From IMG/VR virus record IMGVR_UViG_3300042691_005581, positions 1-64,000 of that record: DNA of 64,000 nucleotides. The stretch is one strand, 5' to 3'. Shown piece by piece: positions 21,540 through 30,508 of this stretch (positions within the stretch are counted from its first letter, which is position 1; every line of letters begins with the position of its first letter). A program made the translations under genes and the position numbers. This stretch comes from a virus. The notes beneath the pieces were generated by a model. That model made no database searches. It saw nothing but the letters and a program-made list of their open reading frames with translations, and was not told where the DNA came from.

Positions 21540-21568
21540 ATTGTAGCTGAAATATTGAAAGTTGTCAA
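21540..21568 (-). promoter_or_regulatory. Sigma70-type promoter for moxR
   Basis: Minus strand TTGACA-17-TACAAT. Confidence 0.75.
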
Positions 21569-21963
21569 GAGTTAGAACTGTTGTTTTTTTGCGACATTGT
21601 TTTAGCTAGTGTGTACTTTTGGAGATCTCCGCTAAAAAGTACCAATTGGATAGCCATTTTTTCCGTAAACACTTTGATATAATTTCTGGAAACAAAATAC
21701 GGACCGTCTATAAATCTTTCTAGATCTAAAATAAATTGATTTGTAACAGTTTCTAAAGGTGTTGGGAATATAATTTTATATGTTTTTAATTTTAATTTCT
21801 CTTCAAAATCCTCACACCCTCTATCAGTTAGGCGCATACTTTGAAAATTATTAGGCCTTGGGTTTACCCACCAAAGTCTGTACCAATCTTTTAATGATTT
21901 TTGGTCAGTTGAAATCTCTAGTTGTTCAAGAAGAGTCTTAGTTAATTGAGTCTTTTGATCCAT
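21565..21963 (-). CDS. Hypothetical protein
   Basis: Coupled ORF; no motif recognised. Confidence 0.6.
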   Translation of the reverse strand: MDQKTQLTKTLLEQLEISTDQKSLKDWYRLWWVNPRPNNFQSMRLTDRGCEDFEEKLKLKTYKIIFPTPLETVTNQFILDLERFIDGPYFVSRNYIKVFTEKMAIQLVLFSGDLQKYTLAKTMSQKNNSSNS

Positions 21964-22249
21964 TTAAATCTACCTGTTCTCCGGTAGTCAACTTAACCAC
22001 TGCAAAGTCTTTGCAATTGAATAATTTATTAAGTTTTTCAGCAAGATTAAATGCATGTCCGCTATTTGAAAAACTTACTTTTTTATATTTAGGACCCAAT
22101 TGTTGGGCAATAATACTGGTTGTTTTTAAGTTTACAGGTTTTAGTTTATAGAATACAGCCCAGATAGCATCAGCCTCTAAAACCTGTTCTGTTTTATAGG
22201 TTTTTTTATTTGTAACTTCTAATAATACCTTTGGCTTAGGCCTAGACAT
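21938..22249 (-). CDS. Basic conserved hypothetical protein
   Basis: GGAG RBS within a hairpin; ATAAATA upstream. Confidence 0.65.
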   Translation of the reverse strand: MSRPKPKVLLEVTNKKTYKTEQVLEADAIWAVFYKLKPVNLKTTSIIAQQLGPKYKKVSFSNSGHAFNLAEKLNKLFNCKDFAVVKLTTGEQVDLNGSKDSIN

Positions 22250-22283
22250 ATGCGTATCTCCGATTTTATACGCATATATTTAT
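22248..22283 (-). promoter_or_regulatory. Late-type promoter overlapping an RBS/start-occluding hairpin
   Basis: 10-bp inverted repeat 22248-22257/22268-22277; loop holds GGAG; ATAAATA at 22277-22283. Confidence 0.65.
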
Positions 22284-22294
22284 TAGAAGTTTGA

Positions 22295-22519
22295 TTAAAG
22301 TTGACCGCCGTCCATTTTAATAGAAATGTTTCCGTCAATTTGTTGTACAGTTTGTCCAATTTGGCTAGTATTGGCTAACCGTGTCATAGTTACCGCAAGA
22401 CAATCATACAATGCTTCTACATCTTTTATGTCTAAATTTAGACTCTTTTGATTAGTTTTTAAGGCAATTCTGGCCTTTTCTAAAAAGATTTCTATTGGAA
22501 ATGTGTTTAAATTATTCAT
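22295..22519 (-). CDS. Hypothetical protein
   Basis: ATGA overlap with upstream gene. Confidence 0.6.
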   Translation of the reverse strand: MNNLNTFPIEIFLEKARIALKTNQKSLNLDIKDVEALYDCLAVTMTRLANTSQIGQTVQQIDGNISIKMDGGQL

Positions 22520-23004
22520 TTATCTTTGCTCAACTGCACTAGTGCTTGTTTCATATCTTCTTCTGTTTTAAAAGGGCCTTTAAATGCATACCGTTCTAAT
22601 GTAATCAGTTTAGGACAGAAACTTTTAACCCAACCTTTTCGAAACTGTATAACATAATATCCTGCACAATATAAACTTTTACTTTTGCCGCTCTTAGAAT
22701 AGATTGGAAGTTTTTTCTTAATATTATATACAGGATTATGTGGTTTGCTACTACATAAAAATTCGTAAACACTATTTTCGGTAGTAGTTTTAGTCTTAGA
22801 TACTTTGACGATTTTTTCAACTTCCTTAGTTACATCGTCACCAAATTGATTTTTAATATCTTCTTTTGATACTAGATCTATCTTTTCTCCGCGTCGATAA
22901 AAACTAAAACCTTTCTTTTCTTTATTCAAAGTTCCTAGTTTCTTTCCACCGTCTTCGACTATCCAAATTTTATTTGGGACTAATACTTTAGCAACTGCAT
23001 TCAT
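22516..23004 (-). CDS. Hypothetical protein
   Basis: ATGA overlap; basic protein. Confidence 0.6.
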   Translation of the reverse strand: MNAVAKVLVPNKIWIVEDGGKKLGTLNKEKKGFSFYRRGEKIDLVSKEDIKNQFGDDVTKEVEKIVKVSKTKTTTENSVYEFLCSSKPHNPVYNIKKKLPIYSKSGKSKSLYCAGYYVIQFRKGWVKSFCPKLITLERYAFKGPFKTEEDMKQALVQLSKDK

Positions 23005-23987
23005 TTTGTATACCTTGCATTTAGTGCATCTGCATATGCCTGCACATTATCACTAACTCGTTGTAAATCATATTCTGCACAAAATTTTAACAATCTAATT
23101 CCTACTTGTGAGATATTTTTCTCTTTGTTTAATTCTGTAGTGATAGTTTCGTTAATAATTTTTCGAATTTCTTCGGGCTGTGCAGCCAAATCGCACAGCA
23201 ATTTATTGCGTTCGTAGCACTCTTTAACTCGCTGTTCGACACCTTCGTGGTCAGTCCAACGTTGTAACATCATGTTGTTCCAATTGTAGCCTTTGTTGTC
23301 ACGATCGGAAAATGCTTCGCGCAAACCTATTTTATTCTTTGTGCCCTTTTCTCTTACACCTGGGTATGCACTAAAGATGTTGTCGCTTGTATCACCGCGC
23401 ATACACTTCTCAAAAAGCATCCATTCTGGTTCAGGAGCAGGCTTAACTGTTTTAGTTTTTTTGTCAATAACAGGTTTATTTTTTTCGTCAAAATATCCTT
23501 CGTGTGTTATTGTGACACCCGATACTCCGTTATATTGTTTCACATTAGGAGCAATTAGTTGTGCAAAATCTCCGTCTGTTGAAATAATTACATGATTGTC
23601 ATTCGGGTGACTTTGAATAAAACCTGCAATGAGATCGTCTGCTTCTAGTTGTGCATGTCTAAGAACTGTGCAATTAGTTTTAGTTTCAATGAAGTCTTTA
23701 AATTGATCAAATGTTTCCCAAAACAGTTTTTCTTCTTCTGCTTCTCTAGGGCTGTGTGCTGCTCTAGCTTCGGCTCGTTGTCTTTTGTAAGGTGCATAGT
23801 GATCCTTTCGCCAGCTACGCCCCTCCAATGCAAAGATAACATGAGTTCCGTTAAAGTCCTTCCATGCTTTCTTAACCGAGTTAAGAATAATATGCATAGC
23901 CATGCCGACTTTTTCGTCGGCATTGCCTCGAACTACGTGTCTTGCACGAAAGAATGTATTTGCTGTATCTACTAGAATATATGTCAT
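23001..23987 (-). CDS. rnh: T4 RNase H-like 5'-3' exonuclease / flap endonuclease
   Basis: ILVD..N, SWRK..Y..YK..R, LEADDLIA, ISTDGDFAQL, GDTSDNI..PGV. Confidence 0.9.
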   Translation of the reverse strand: MTYILVDTANTFFRARHVVRGNADEKVGMAMHIILNSVKKAWKDFNGTHVIFALEGRSWRKDHYAPYKRQRAEARAAHSPREAEEEKLFWETFDQFKDFIETKTNCTVLRHAQLEADDLIAGFIQSHPNDNHVIISTDGDFAQLIAPNVKQYNGVSGVTITHEGYFDEKNKPVIDKKTKTVKPAPEPEWMLFEKCMRGDTSDNIFSAYPGVREKGTKNKIGLREAFSDRDNKGYNWNNMMLQRWTDHEGVEQRVKECYERNKLLCDLAAQPEEIRKIINETITTELNKEKNISQVGIRLLKFCAEYDLQRVSDNVQAYADALNARYTK

Positions 23988-24436
23988 TAGCTGATCTCTG
24001 ATTTGCCTTGGCCTAAGTTGTTAACATTGATATAGCCCGAACCTCTCCGGTCCATATCAACTCCTGATTCAGCTCCGATATTCCGGCACAAATCTTGAAA
24101 CCATTTGTCGACAATTTCTTCATCTGTTTCACCGTAATAACCTGCTAGTCTTAATTCTACTATAAAAAGCTCGTTCCAGTCAAGTTCAAAAAATCCATTC
24201 TTAACATTGTCCTTATTGACTTTGGTATCCAATACAGCAATATAAGATTCATTGCGTTCGGTTGCTAACTCTTTTGGACTCAGTTTAGATAATCTTTCTG
24301 CTTCTGCGGCATCTGCAATTACTTTGGCAGCTCTTTCAGTAGCTTCCTGAAGTTTTTTTTCTGCTTCGACAGTAGCCTGCTCTAGTTTATCAATTCCGAA
24401 TATTTTTTTAATAAATTTTTTCATCATGTACCCCAC
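23987..24436 (-). CDS. Hypothetical protein
   Basis: Coupled ORF; true start may be 24427 or 24424. Confidence 0.6.
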   Translation of the reverse strand: MGYMMKKFIKKIFGIDKLEQATVEAEKKLQEATERAAKVIADAAEAERLSKLSPKELATERNESYIAVLDTKVNKDNVKNGFFELDWNELFIVELRLAGYYGETDEEIVDKWFQDLCRNIGAESGVDMDRRGSGYINVNNLGQGKSEIS

Positions 24437-25284
24437 TCATTCTTAAACAATGGAACTTGTAAACGATCACTATATCGCAAGCCTGCTCGCATGGCCAAAT
24501 CTGCCACACGTCGATTGTTTAGGGAATAGACACTTTCTACTCCACCAACTGGCATTAGATATACATGACCTTTGAATCCGGCAGCACGATACGCACCGAT
24601 AGCACATTCAGCATCTGCAAAGTCTTGTTCAGTAGCAATAACAAATTTTAGATATACAGTGCCTACAGTTTCATAATTGCAAACAACATCTGGTTTGATA
24701 GCATCGTCCCACGGTTCTCCGGAACATGGAAGTTTGGCACTAACTGAGAATGTAACTTCTCTTTCTAGCTTATGGTCTTGATTTTGCCACATACCTAAAT
24801 ATGTTTTAAATTCTTTTGTTAGACGCATAGTGCCGTTGGTTTCAAATGTAATCTCTTTGAGACCTGCCATCTTTGGATTATTCAGAAGTTCTGGATAGGC
24901 TTTTTGCCAACCTAACAATGGCTCACCTCCAGTGATAACCAAGTGCTCATCCTTCCACTCACCGTGCGGAATAATTTCCATAATACGATCTGCAATAGCA
25001 TCAGTAGTCAGCATAGGACTTAGATCTTTAAATTCGGGCATCCAGCTGGCGTAGCTGTCACAACCTGTACTAACTAGTGGTAACATCTTGTAGTCTGCAT
25101 AGGGTGTAATCTTGTGAGCTTTTGCAATGTCTTCGGCTTCTGCACTCAATTCTCCGCGAGACATGCCAAACCCTTGACATTTAAAGTTACATCCAAATGT
25201 ACGTAAGAAGACGGAAGGTACTCCCATGTACCTTCCTTCACCTTGAATACTGTAAAAAAGTTCTGATATTTTAATTTTATTCAT
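24424..25284 (-). CDS. queE: 7-carboxy-7-deazaguanine synthase (radical SAM)
   Basis: ELFYSIQGEG..G.PSVFLR..GCNFKC...CDS (third Cys after an insertion), ITGGEPL, ETNGT, RLQVPLF. Confidence 0.9.
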   Translation of the reverse strand: MNKIKISELFYSIQGEGRYMGVPSVFLRTFGCNFKCQGFGMSRGELSAEAEDIAKAHKITPYADYKMLPLVSTGCDSYASWMPEFKDLSPMLTTDAIADRIMEIIPHGEWKDEHLVITGGEPLLGWQKAYPELLNNPKMAGLKEITFETNGTMRLTKEFKTYLGMWQNQDHKLEREVTFSVSAKLPCSGEPWDDAIKPDVVCNYETVGTVYLKFVIATEQDFADAECAIGAYRAAGFKGHVYLMPVGGVESVYSLNNRRVADLAMRAGLRYSDRLQVPLFKNEWGT

Positions 25285-25549
25285 AAATTCCTGACCATTG
25301 TTTTAATTTTTCGATCTTAGCCTGCTTGGCAGTGTTAAGACCTTCTTCTGTTATAATACTATAAGATTTTAACAGATCTACCATAGCAAGTACATCCCCA
25401 ATTTCACCTTCTAAGTGCTGTGCATTAGTCAACGGCTTACCGGGTTTAAAATTGTTTAAACCAAATCGGTGACATTTACTTACTGCTTGAATTACTTCTG
25501 CACATTCCTCACTGAGGATGTTCATTACTTCGTGTAGTTTATTATCCAT
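25277..25549 (-). CDS. MazG-like NTP pyrophosphohydrolase
   Basis: EECAEVIQAVSK and EGEIGDVL motifs. Confidence 0.8.
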   Translation of the reverse strand: MDNKLHEVMNILSEECAEVIQAVSKCHRFGLNNFKPGKPLTNAQHLEGEIGDVLAMVDLLKSYSIITEEGLNTAKQAKIEKLKQWSGIYE

Positions 25550-26003
25550 TATTTGCTCTTTCTGTTAGGTACGTTTCATTGTGTACCCATTTGTTGTTTA
25601 CTAGGAAACCCCATTCTCTACGTTGTGGACCAGGCATGAACATTGTCCAGCAGTCTGTTCCTTCTTTAAGCTCAACACGGTGATAGCTATTAGCAGGGCA
25701 AATACGGAAGTGCCCAGGACCACGCCAATGCCGTGTTTCACTGATCTTGGCACCTTGTGAATCAAAGTTAGGAGTCCATTCATAATAACCACCTTTAAGT
25801 ATTAGAGTAGCGTAAGGCCATGGATGATCATGTACATCATCTGGATCTGACTTAAGAAACTTGTGTAAGAATACATTGAATGGAAATCGCTTCCTATCTT
25901 TAAGAAAGAGATAGTAACGTTCTAAGTAAGGTTCGCTGTTCACACGATCCATTACAATACGTTTCCGATCTAGCAGTTCTAGAAGTTTAAGCAGAACCTT
26001 CAT
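25542..26003 (-). CDS. Cupin-fold protein
   Basis: LH.F..SD.D..HDHPW, GGYYE, YHRVEL metal-binding cupin pattern. Confidence 0.7.
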   Translation of the reverse strand: MKVLLKLLELLDRKRIVMDRVNSEPYLERYYLFLKDRKRFPFNVFLHKFLKSDPDDVHDHPWPYATLILKGGYYEWTPNFDSQGAKISETRHWRGPGHFRICPANSYHRVELKEGTDCWTMFMPGPQRREWGFLVNNKWVHNETYLTERANNG

Positions 26004-26250
26004 CTTTGATTGCTTTCTTTTTACGAGTGGTAGTTTTTGCGGGAATTGCGCTTTCCGCTTTTAGTATAGCAGCTCTGACGTCTCTTGTCAATGCTTCGTC
26101 GTCCCATTCTAATTCAGTGCGACCGTCCGGGTATGTAGTCACAGTTAAATGACTGCCCTTTTCCACTTTGGGCAGAATAATTTTAGCAGAACCTGTAGTT
26201 CCGGGCATGTCCAAAATTGCACTGTCTGATTTCTTTTTACGTGTTGCCAT
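25987..26250 (-). CDS. Small basic hypothetical protein
   Basis: AAGGA RBS; TRKKK at both ends. Confidence 0.6.
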   Translation of the reverse strand: MATRKKKSDSAILDMPGTTGSAKIILPKVEKGSHLTVTTYPDGRTELEWDDEALTRDVRAAILKAESAIPAKTTTRKKKAIKDEGSA

Positions 26251-26262
26251 TATTTTTCCTTT

Positions 26263-26766
26263 TTAAAAAGGCCATTGATTGCTAGGAGCAGGCCTTGATT
26301 TTAATTTAACATTTTCTTCGATTACAGTACCGTCGTCCTCACATAGATCTACTTGATACGGAGCATCGATTACTAGATATTCATCTTCGAGTTGCCAATC
26401 GTGCTCTGCATCAAATAACCAGGCAGCACCTGATCGTTCAAATTCTTCATTACCATCGCCTTCTAAATAACACCGCTTAATTTCTTCTTGTTCTTCTTCG
26501 CTAATGTCATCACTAAAATCGAACCAACAAGCATGTTGGTCATCTAATTCTGCACCCCAGCCGCAATCTGTTTTAGCATGGGCCTGCTCGTCTCCCTCGT
26601 AAGGCAAATTGCAGTCAAGTTCTTCTTCAACAAAGCCTTGTCCCCAACGATAGTGATCATCAATGTTAAACCAACTGATACTACCGTCCGCATTTTCGCG
26701 GAACATTTCAATGTGCCAGCAAATGCTTTTCTTATGTAACGGTTTAATTAGATAAACTTTAGACAT
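26263..26766 (-). CDS. Acidic hypothetical protein (paralog of the next gene)
   Basis: D/E-rich; shares KKS, YR[WF], CW and DW.LED motifs with 26766-27269. Confidence 0.65.
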   Translation of the reverse strand: MSKVYLIKPLHKKSICWHIEMFRENADGSISWFNIDDHYRWGQGFVEEELDCNLPYEGDEQAHAKTDCGWGAELDDQHACWFDFSDDISEEEQEEIKRCYLEGDGNEEFERSGAAWLFDAEHDWQLEDEYLVIDAPYQVDLCEDDGTVIEENVKLKSRPAPSNQWPF

Positions 26767-27269
26767 TAGTCTTCCTTGAAATCACTTACATTGCCATCTT
26801 CGTCTGCAATGATAATACGAATATTAGTTTCGTCGTCTTCGTTGGTAACTTCAATTGGGCCCCAGATATAAACTTCGGTATCTTCCAAGTACCAATCACC
26901 TTCATCTTCTAACGCATAAGCACCGTTTTCGTCAATAAATTCTTGTAACTCTTCAATTTCGTTGTCATCTTCGATGCCTTCAATTTCTGTATCACCCCAG
27001 CAACCGCCATCGAACATATCGATCATTTCGGAACTGATAATGTTGTTAGCTTCGCATGAATACATATCTAAGCTGTCAGTTTTACCATCGCCGCCGGGTA
27101 CTTGAACAAACTCAAACTCTGGAAAATTATCGTCTTCAGTTTCTACTCTGAAAGTACAAAAACGGTATCCGTCTTTAACCGTAATTCGCCCTGTGCCGTT
27201 GCGTTGAACATAGTGTTCATGCTGTTCGCATGATTTTTTATAGTGTGTTTTAACAATCCAAAATGCCAT
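26766..27269 (-). CDS. Acidic hypothetical protein
   Basis: Probable start MAFWIV at 27269 (GAGG RBS) rather than 27353. Confidence 0.65.
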   Translation of the reverse strand: MAFWIVKTHYKKSCEQHEHYVQRNGTGRITVKDGYRFCTFRVETEDDNFPEFEFVQVPGGDGKTDSLDMYSCEANNIISSEMIDMFDGGCWGDTEIEGIEDDNEIEELQEFIDENGAYALEDEGDWYLEDTEVYIWGPIEVTNEDDETNIRIIIADEDGNVSDFKED

Positions 27270-27273
27270 AATA

Positions 27274-27972
27274 TTACCTCGGAGCAAAGTCTTGTTGCAA
27301 TTTAATGTTATCAAAGAATTCTTTCTTTGTACTTTGATCGTCTTTAAATGCACCTTTTAACACAGTAGTCTGTGTCAATGAACTATGTGCCATGATGCCG
27401 CGATTCTCACAGCATCCATGAACAGCCTGTACATAAACGCCTACGTCTGTTGCGTCTGTTGCTTTTTGGATTTCCCTAGCAATATCATTACAAAGTTCCT
27501 CCTGGAGAGTCCCTCGTCTTGCACACCACTGGGCGATTCGTGTGTACTTTGATAATCCAATAAGTTTGTTAGCAGCCAAAATGCCAATATAAGCAACGCC
27601 ACTAACGGGTTGGTGATGATGACTACACATACTGCGAAGCTCACTACGAACAACCAGCATACCTTCGTAGCGGTCCTGCGAATCATTTGGAAATGCTGTT
27701 GCGTCTGGTGCTTGTTCATATCTACCTGCCATTATTTCGTTGAAATACATTTTAGCCAACCGGCGTGCTGTACCTTTTGAGTTAGGATCATTTTCACGAT
27801 CAATTAGCAATGTATCTAGCACTTGTTCAAATGCCGCAGTTGCTTCGTCAATTAGTTCTGGCAACACATTGTCATCAACATATTCGCTAATGTTGTCTCC
27901 TGCCCAGAAACGTTTGTTATCGCTACGCATTCTATTACGAATTACCTGCGATAGGTTCTTACTTGTATCCAT
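27274..27972 (-). CDS. folE: GTP cyclohydrolase I
   Basis: SMCSHHHQP, IGLSKYTRI, ARR..LQE, HGCCENRG. Confidence 0.95.
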   Translation of the reverse strand: MDTSKNLSQVIRNRMRSDNKRFWAGDNISEYVDDNVLPELIDEATAAFEQVLDTLLIDRENDPNSKGTARRLAKMYFNEIMAGRYEQAPDATAFPNDSQDRYEGMLVVRSELRSMCSHHHQPVSGVAYIGILAANKLIGLSKYTRIAQWCARRGTLQEELCNDIAREIQKATDATDVGVYVQAVHGCCENRGIMAHSSLTQTTVLKGAFKDDQSTKKEFFDNIKLQQDFAPR

Positions 27973-28012
27973 TATAATTTCTCCGAGTTATTGTCGTGGA
28001 TGACTTTTGTAC

Positions 28013-28042
28013 ATTGTAACTTTATTTAGGCAAGTTGGTCAA
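28013..28042 (-). promoter_or_regulatory. Possible composite promoter for folE
   Basis: TTGACC-18-TACAAT with CTAAATA inside the spacer. Confidence 0.45.
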
Positions 28043-28828
28043 CCTCAGCAGTAAATTCTTTTTTACTGCGGAGTCTATTACGTTGAGATTTGCATCATGA
28101 CATTCTGCATATCTTATTAATGCAGACGTGTCTTTAGGAAAACACATACCGCCAAATCCTAATGCGCCATCTGGACCTGGGACTCTAAAATGGCTATTTC
28201 CTAGTCGAGGATCTAATTGCACTAATTCTGCAATTTTATTATAATCTTCTCCTGTGTTTTTGCACAATTGAAATATCTCATTCATAAACACAACTTTGGT
28301 AGCTAAGAAACAGTTAATTGTATATTTGGCAAAACTTGCCTGTGCCGGTGTGCAATATTTTATATCTGTTAATAGTTTTTGTCCCATTCTAATAAGACGT
28401 TCTGCTTCTCTAATCCAAGCAGGAATTGAACCACCGATGATGGCAAATTTGCCATGTGCATAATCTCTACTGGCATTTGCAGCCGTTAAAAATTCCGGAG
28501 CATGAACTAAATTTTTATGTTTTATTGATAAACGTTCGTATACGTTTGGAGGTGCAGTAGTTTTACTAATGATGACACCTGCAAAGTCTTTCAATTCTTC
28601 TAATACTGATTCGAGAATAGTAGTGTCGCAGCTTCCGTCATCTTTTGATGGGCTGGGTACACATACAAATACTCCCTCACAATCTTCTAAATCTTTATAG
28701 GTATTAGGCAGTCCTTTTGGAGGATCAACTAATACCAATTCGCAAAATAAATCATCTAAACTGTCACGAACAGCAGTACCTACAAATCCTAATCCTACGA
28801 TTCCTATTTTTGTTTTTTCTTTAAACAT
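28022..28828 (-). CDS. UDP-glucose/GDP-mannose dehydrogenase family protein (short form, no C-terminal domain)
   Basis: GIVGLGFVG, FVCVPSP, PEFL, AKY..N.FLATKV.FMNE, GFGGMCFPKD (catalytic Cys). Confidence 0.9.
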   Translation of the reverse strand: MFKEKTKIGIVGLGFVGTAVRDSLDDLFCELVLVDPPKGLPNTYKDLEDCEGVFVCVPSPSKDDGSCDTTILESVLEELKDFAGVIISKTTAPPNVYERLSIKHKNLVHAPEFLTAANASRDYAHGKFAIIGGSIPAWIREAERLIRMGQKLLTDIKYCTPAQASFAKYTINCFLATKVVFMNEIFQLCKNTGEDYNKIAELVQLDPRLGNSHFRVPGPDGALGFGGMCFPKDTSALIRYAECHDANLNVIDSAVKKNLLLRLTNLPK

Positions 28829-29904
28829 TATTTTAAATTCTCCAATAATTTATTTGCACTAAAGAATCGTTCAGTTAGATCGGCAACTTGTTTGCGAATA
28901 GTAGGAACCCTGCTATGATAATTGTCCATGTGTTGCATAATAGCAAAACATAGATTAGGCCTATGTTCTTCATATGCTGCAAACGATTCAGTCCATTTAC
29001 TAGGATACTTAAAAGTATCATAATACATTTCAGTATAACTTAGTCTGTCCGGCACCATAGGAATAGCATCTACTAACGCACCTTCGTAGCAACTAATGCC
29101 CAAAGTTTCTTGTAGATTAGCACTAAACACTAACTTAGCTTCGCCTAGCAAATTATGATATTCATTTTTAGTCAGTTGTTGATCCTGACAAACAACAAAT
29201 TCATACTGTGGCAAATGTTCTTTTAGATTGCGGAAGATCTCAACTTGTTTCTCTGGAGCAATACGATGCGGGAACAGAATAAGATCACGCTTAGGCATGT
29301 TCTTGTATGCTGTCAAAGTATTGTCCATATACTCCATAGGCCATCCTGTTCGTACAATATCACCATTAGCCATATAGCGAATACGACCTGTTCGAGCATC
29401 GACTTTTAATAAATTTTCTAGAAACAAATTGATATGAAAGTCTGTAGCAAAGTAGTTGTGATCAATAGCATGGAAGAAGCTAGCCTCGGCATTACGTACC
29501 CAAGGAGCATCCCCGATAAGACGTCCTAGGAAGTCTTGGGGATCATAACTGCCAGCATGCCAAAGAGCGTGGATAGTTACAGGAATTCCGAGAAGCCCGG
29601 CCATGTATTTGAGATTGATGATACCAGGGTGCCAAGCATCAGTGAATACAAAATGATCACCTGGGCAAACGGCTCCGTTGCAAAATAGCCTACCCATGTG
29701 TTCAACCTGTGCTGCCTTATATATGTTGGTACCGCCAAAATTAAGGAAAGCACCAGGCGTAGTGGCAGCAGGAATATCTGTAGGGCCAGAGATAATTTGA
29801 ACATTGTGTCCTGCCTTTTTAAGTAGAGAAGGAACGTGAAGTTTCCACTCACCTGTATAGCGAGTGGAAACAGCCTCTAAATCAATTAGAAAAACGTTCG
29901 CCAT
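28828..29904 (-). CDS. GT-B (GT4-like) glycosyltransferase resembling the GTDC1/QTMAN-DUF3524 family
   Basis: ILFPHRIAPEKQ and EY..LL.EA..VFSA..QETLGIS.YEG...AIP.VPDRLSY.E; probable start MANVFL at 29904. Confidence 0.8.
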   Translation of the reverse strand: MANVFLIDLEAVSTRYTGEWKLHVPSLLKKAGHNVQIISGPTDIPAATTPGAFLNFGGTNIYKAAQVEHMGRLFCNGAVCPGDHFVFTDAWHPGIINLKYMAGLLGIPVTIHALWHAGSYDPQDFLGRLIGDAPWVRNAEASFFHAIDHNYFATDFHINLFLENLLKVDARTGRIRYMANGDIVRTGWPMEYMDNTLTAYKNMPKRDLILFPHRIAPEKQVEIFRNLKEHLPQYEFVVCQDQQLTKNEYHNLLGEAKLVFSANLQETLGISCYEGALVDAIPMVPDRLSYTEMYYDTFKYPSKWTESFAAYEEHRPNLCFAIMQHMDNYHSRVPTIRKQVADLTERFFSANKLLENLK

Positions 29905-30124
29905 TGTTTCGATTTTCGTAGCGTGGGTTCTTACCCTTGTATCCTTCACGCGGCTTACCACGATTTGAAAAATACCGATACTCTTGAGAGCGATATAAGT
30001 CTGCAGGATTAAAATCTAATAGATTAAATCGGCAGTGGTCGAGCCATGCTTCTAAGTCGTCGAAGATTTTAGATACTTCGGGTTTCATGCGGAGAGTTTT
30101 TTGAATATAGGCAGGTTGTGCCAT
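29882..30124 (-). CDS. Small hypothetical protein
   Basis: AAGGA RBS. Confidence 0.6.
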   Translation of the reverse strand: MAQPAYIQKTLRMKPEVSKIFDDLEAWLDHCRFNLLDFNPADLYRSQEYRYFSNRGKPREGYKGKNPRYENRNNGERFSN

Positions 30125-30133
30125 GTTTTTTCC

Positions 30134-30508
30134 TTAATTGGAAGTTGTTGATAAAGTTGGAATATACTCTACAATACCATCTGATTCGCCGTCTTCGGAG
30201 ACTACAATCTCGTAAGATCGATTAGTTCCGTATGAGGGAATTAAATGGTTCTGCAAAATATCTGTTGCTATCATTTCGCAGGATTTATGATTTTGATTAC
30301 CTGCTTTGATAAAATCTTGTAATGCCCACTTGACAAGGAAGAATTCTAATTCTCTATCAAGATGAGTGACTGAAATTTTTACTTCAACTTTGAACATGTG
30401 ACGATGTTCGTTTTCTAAAAACTGAATACGAGGATCAATTGATCCTGCGTTCGGATAAAAGTGAAATCCTTGAAATTCAGTACGAATTTTAATATATGTA
30501 TTTGTCAT
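30134..30508 (-). CDS. QueD-like T-fold protein with LxxxHRHxF motif (DpdL-like)
   Basis: F.GFH, LENEHRHMF, SCEMIA, VSEDGE; lacks the CxxxHGH motif of canonical QueD. Confidence 0.7.
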   Translation of the reverse strand: MTNTYIKIRTEFQGFHFYPNAGSIDPRIQFLENEHRHMFKVEVKISVTHLDRELEFFLVKWALQDFIKAGNQNHKSCEMIATDILQNHLIPSYGTNRSYEIVVSEDGESDGIVEYIPTLSTTSN

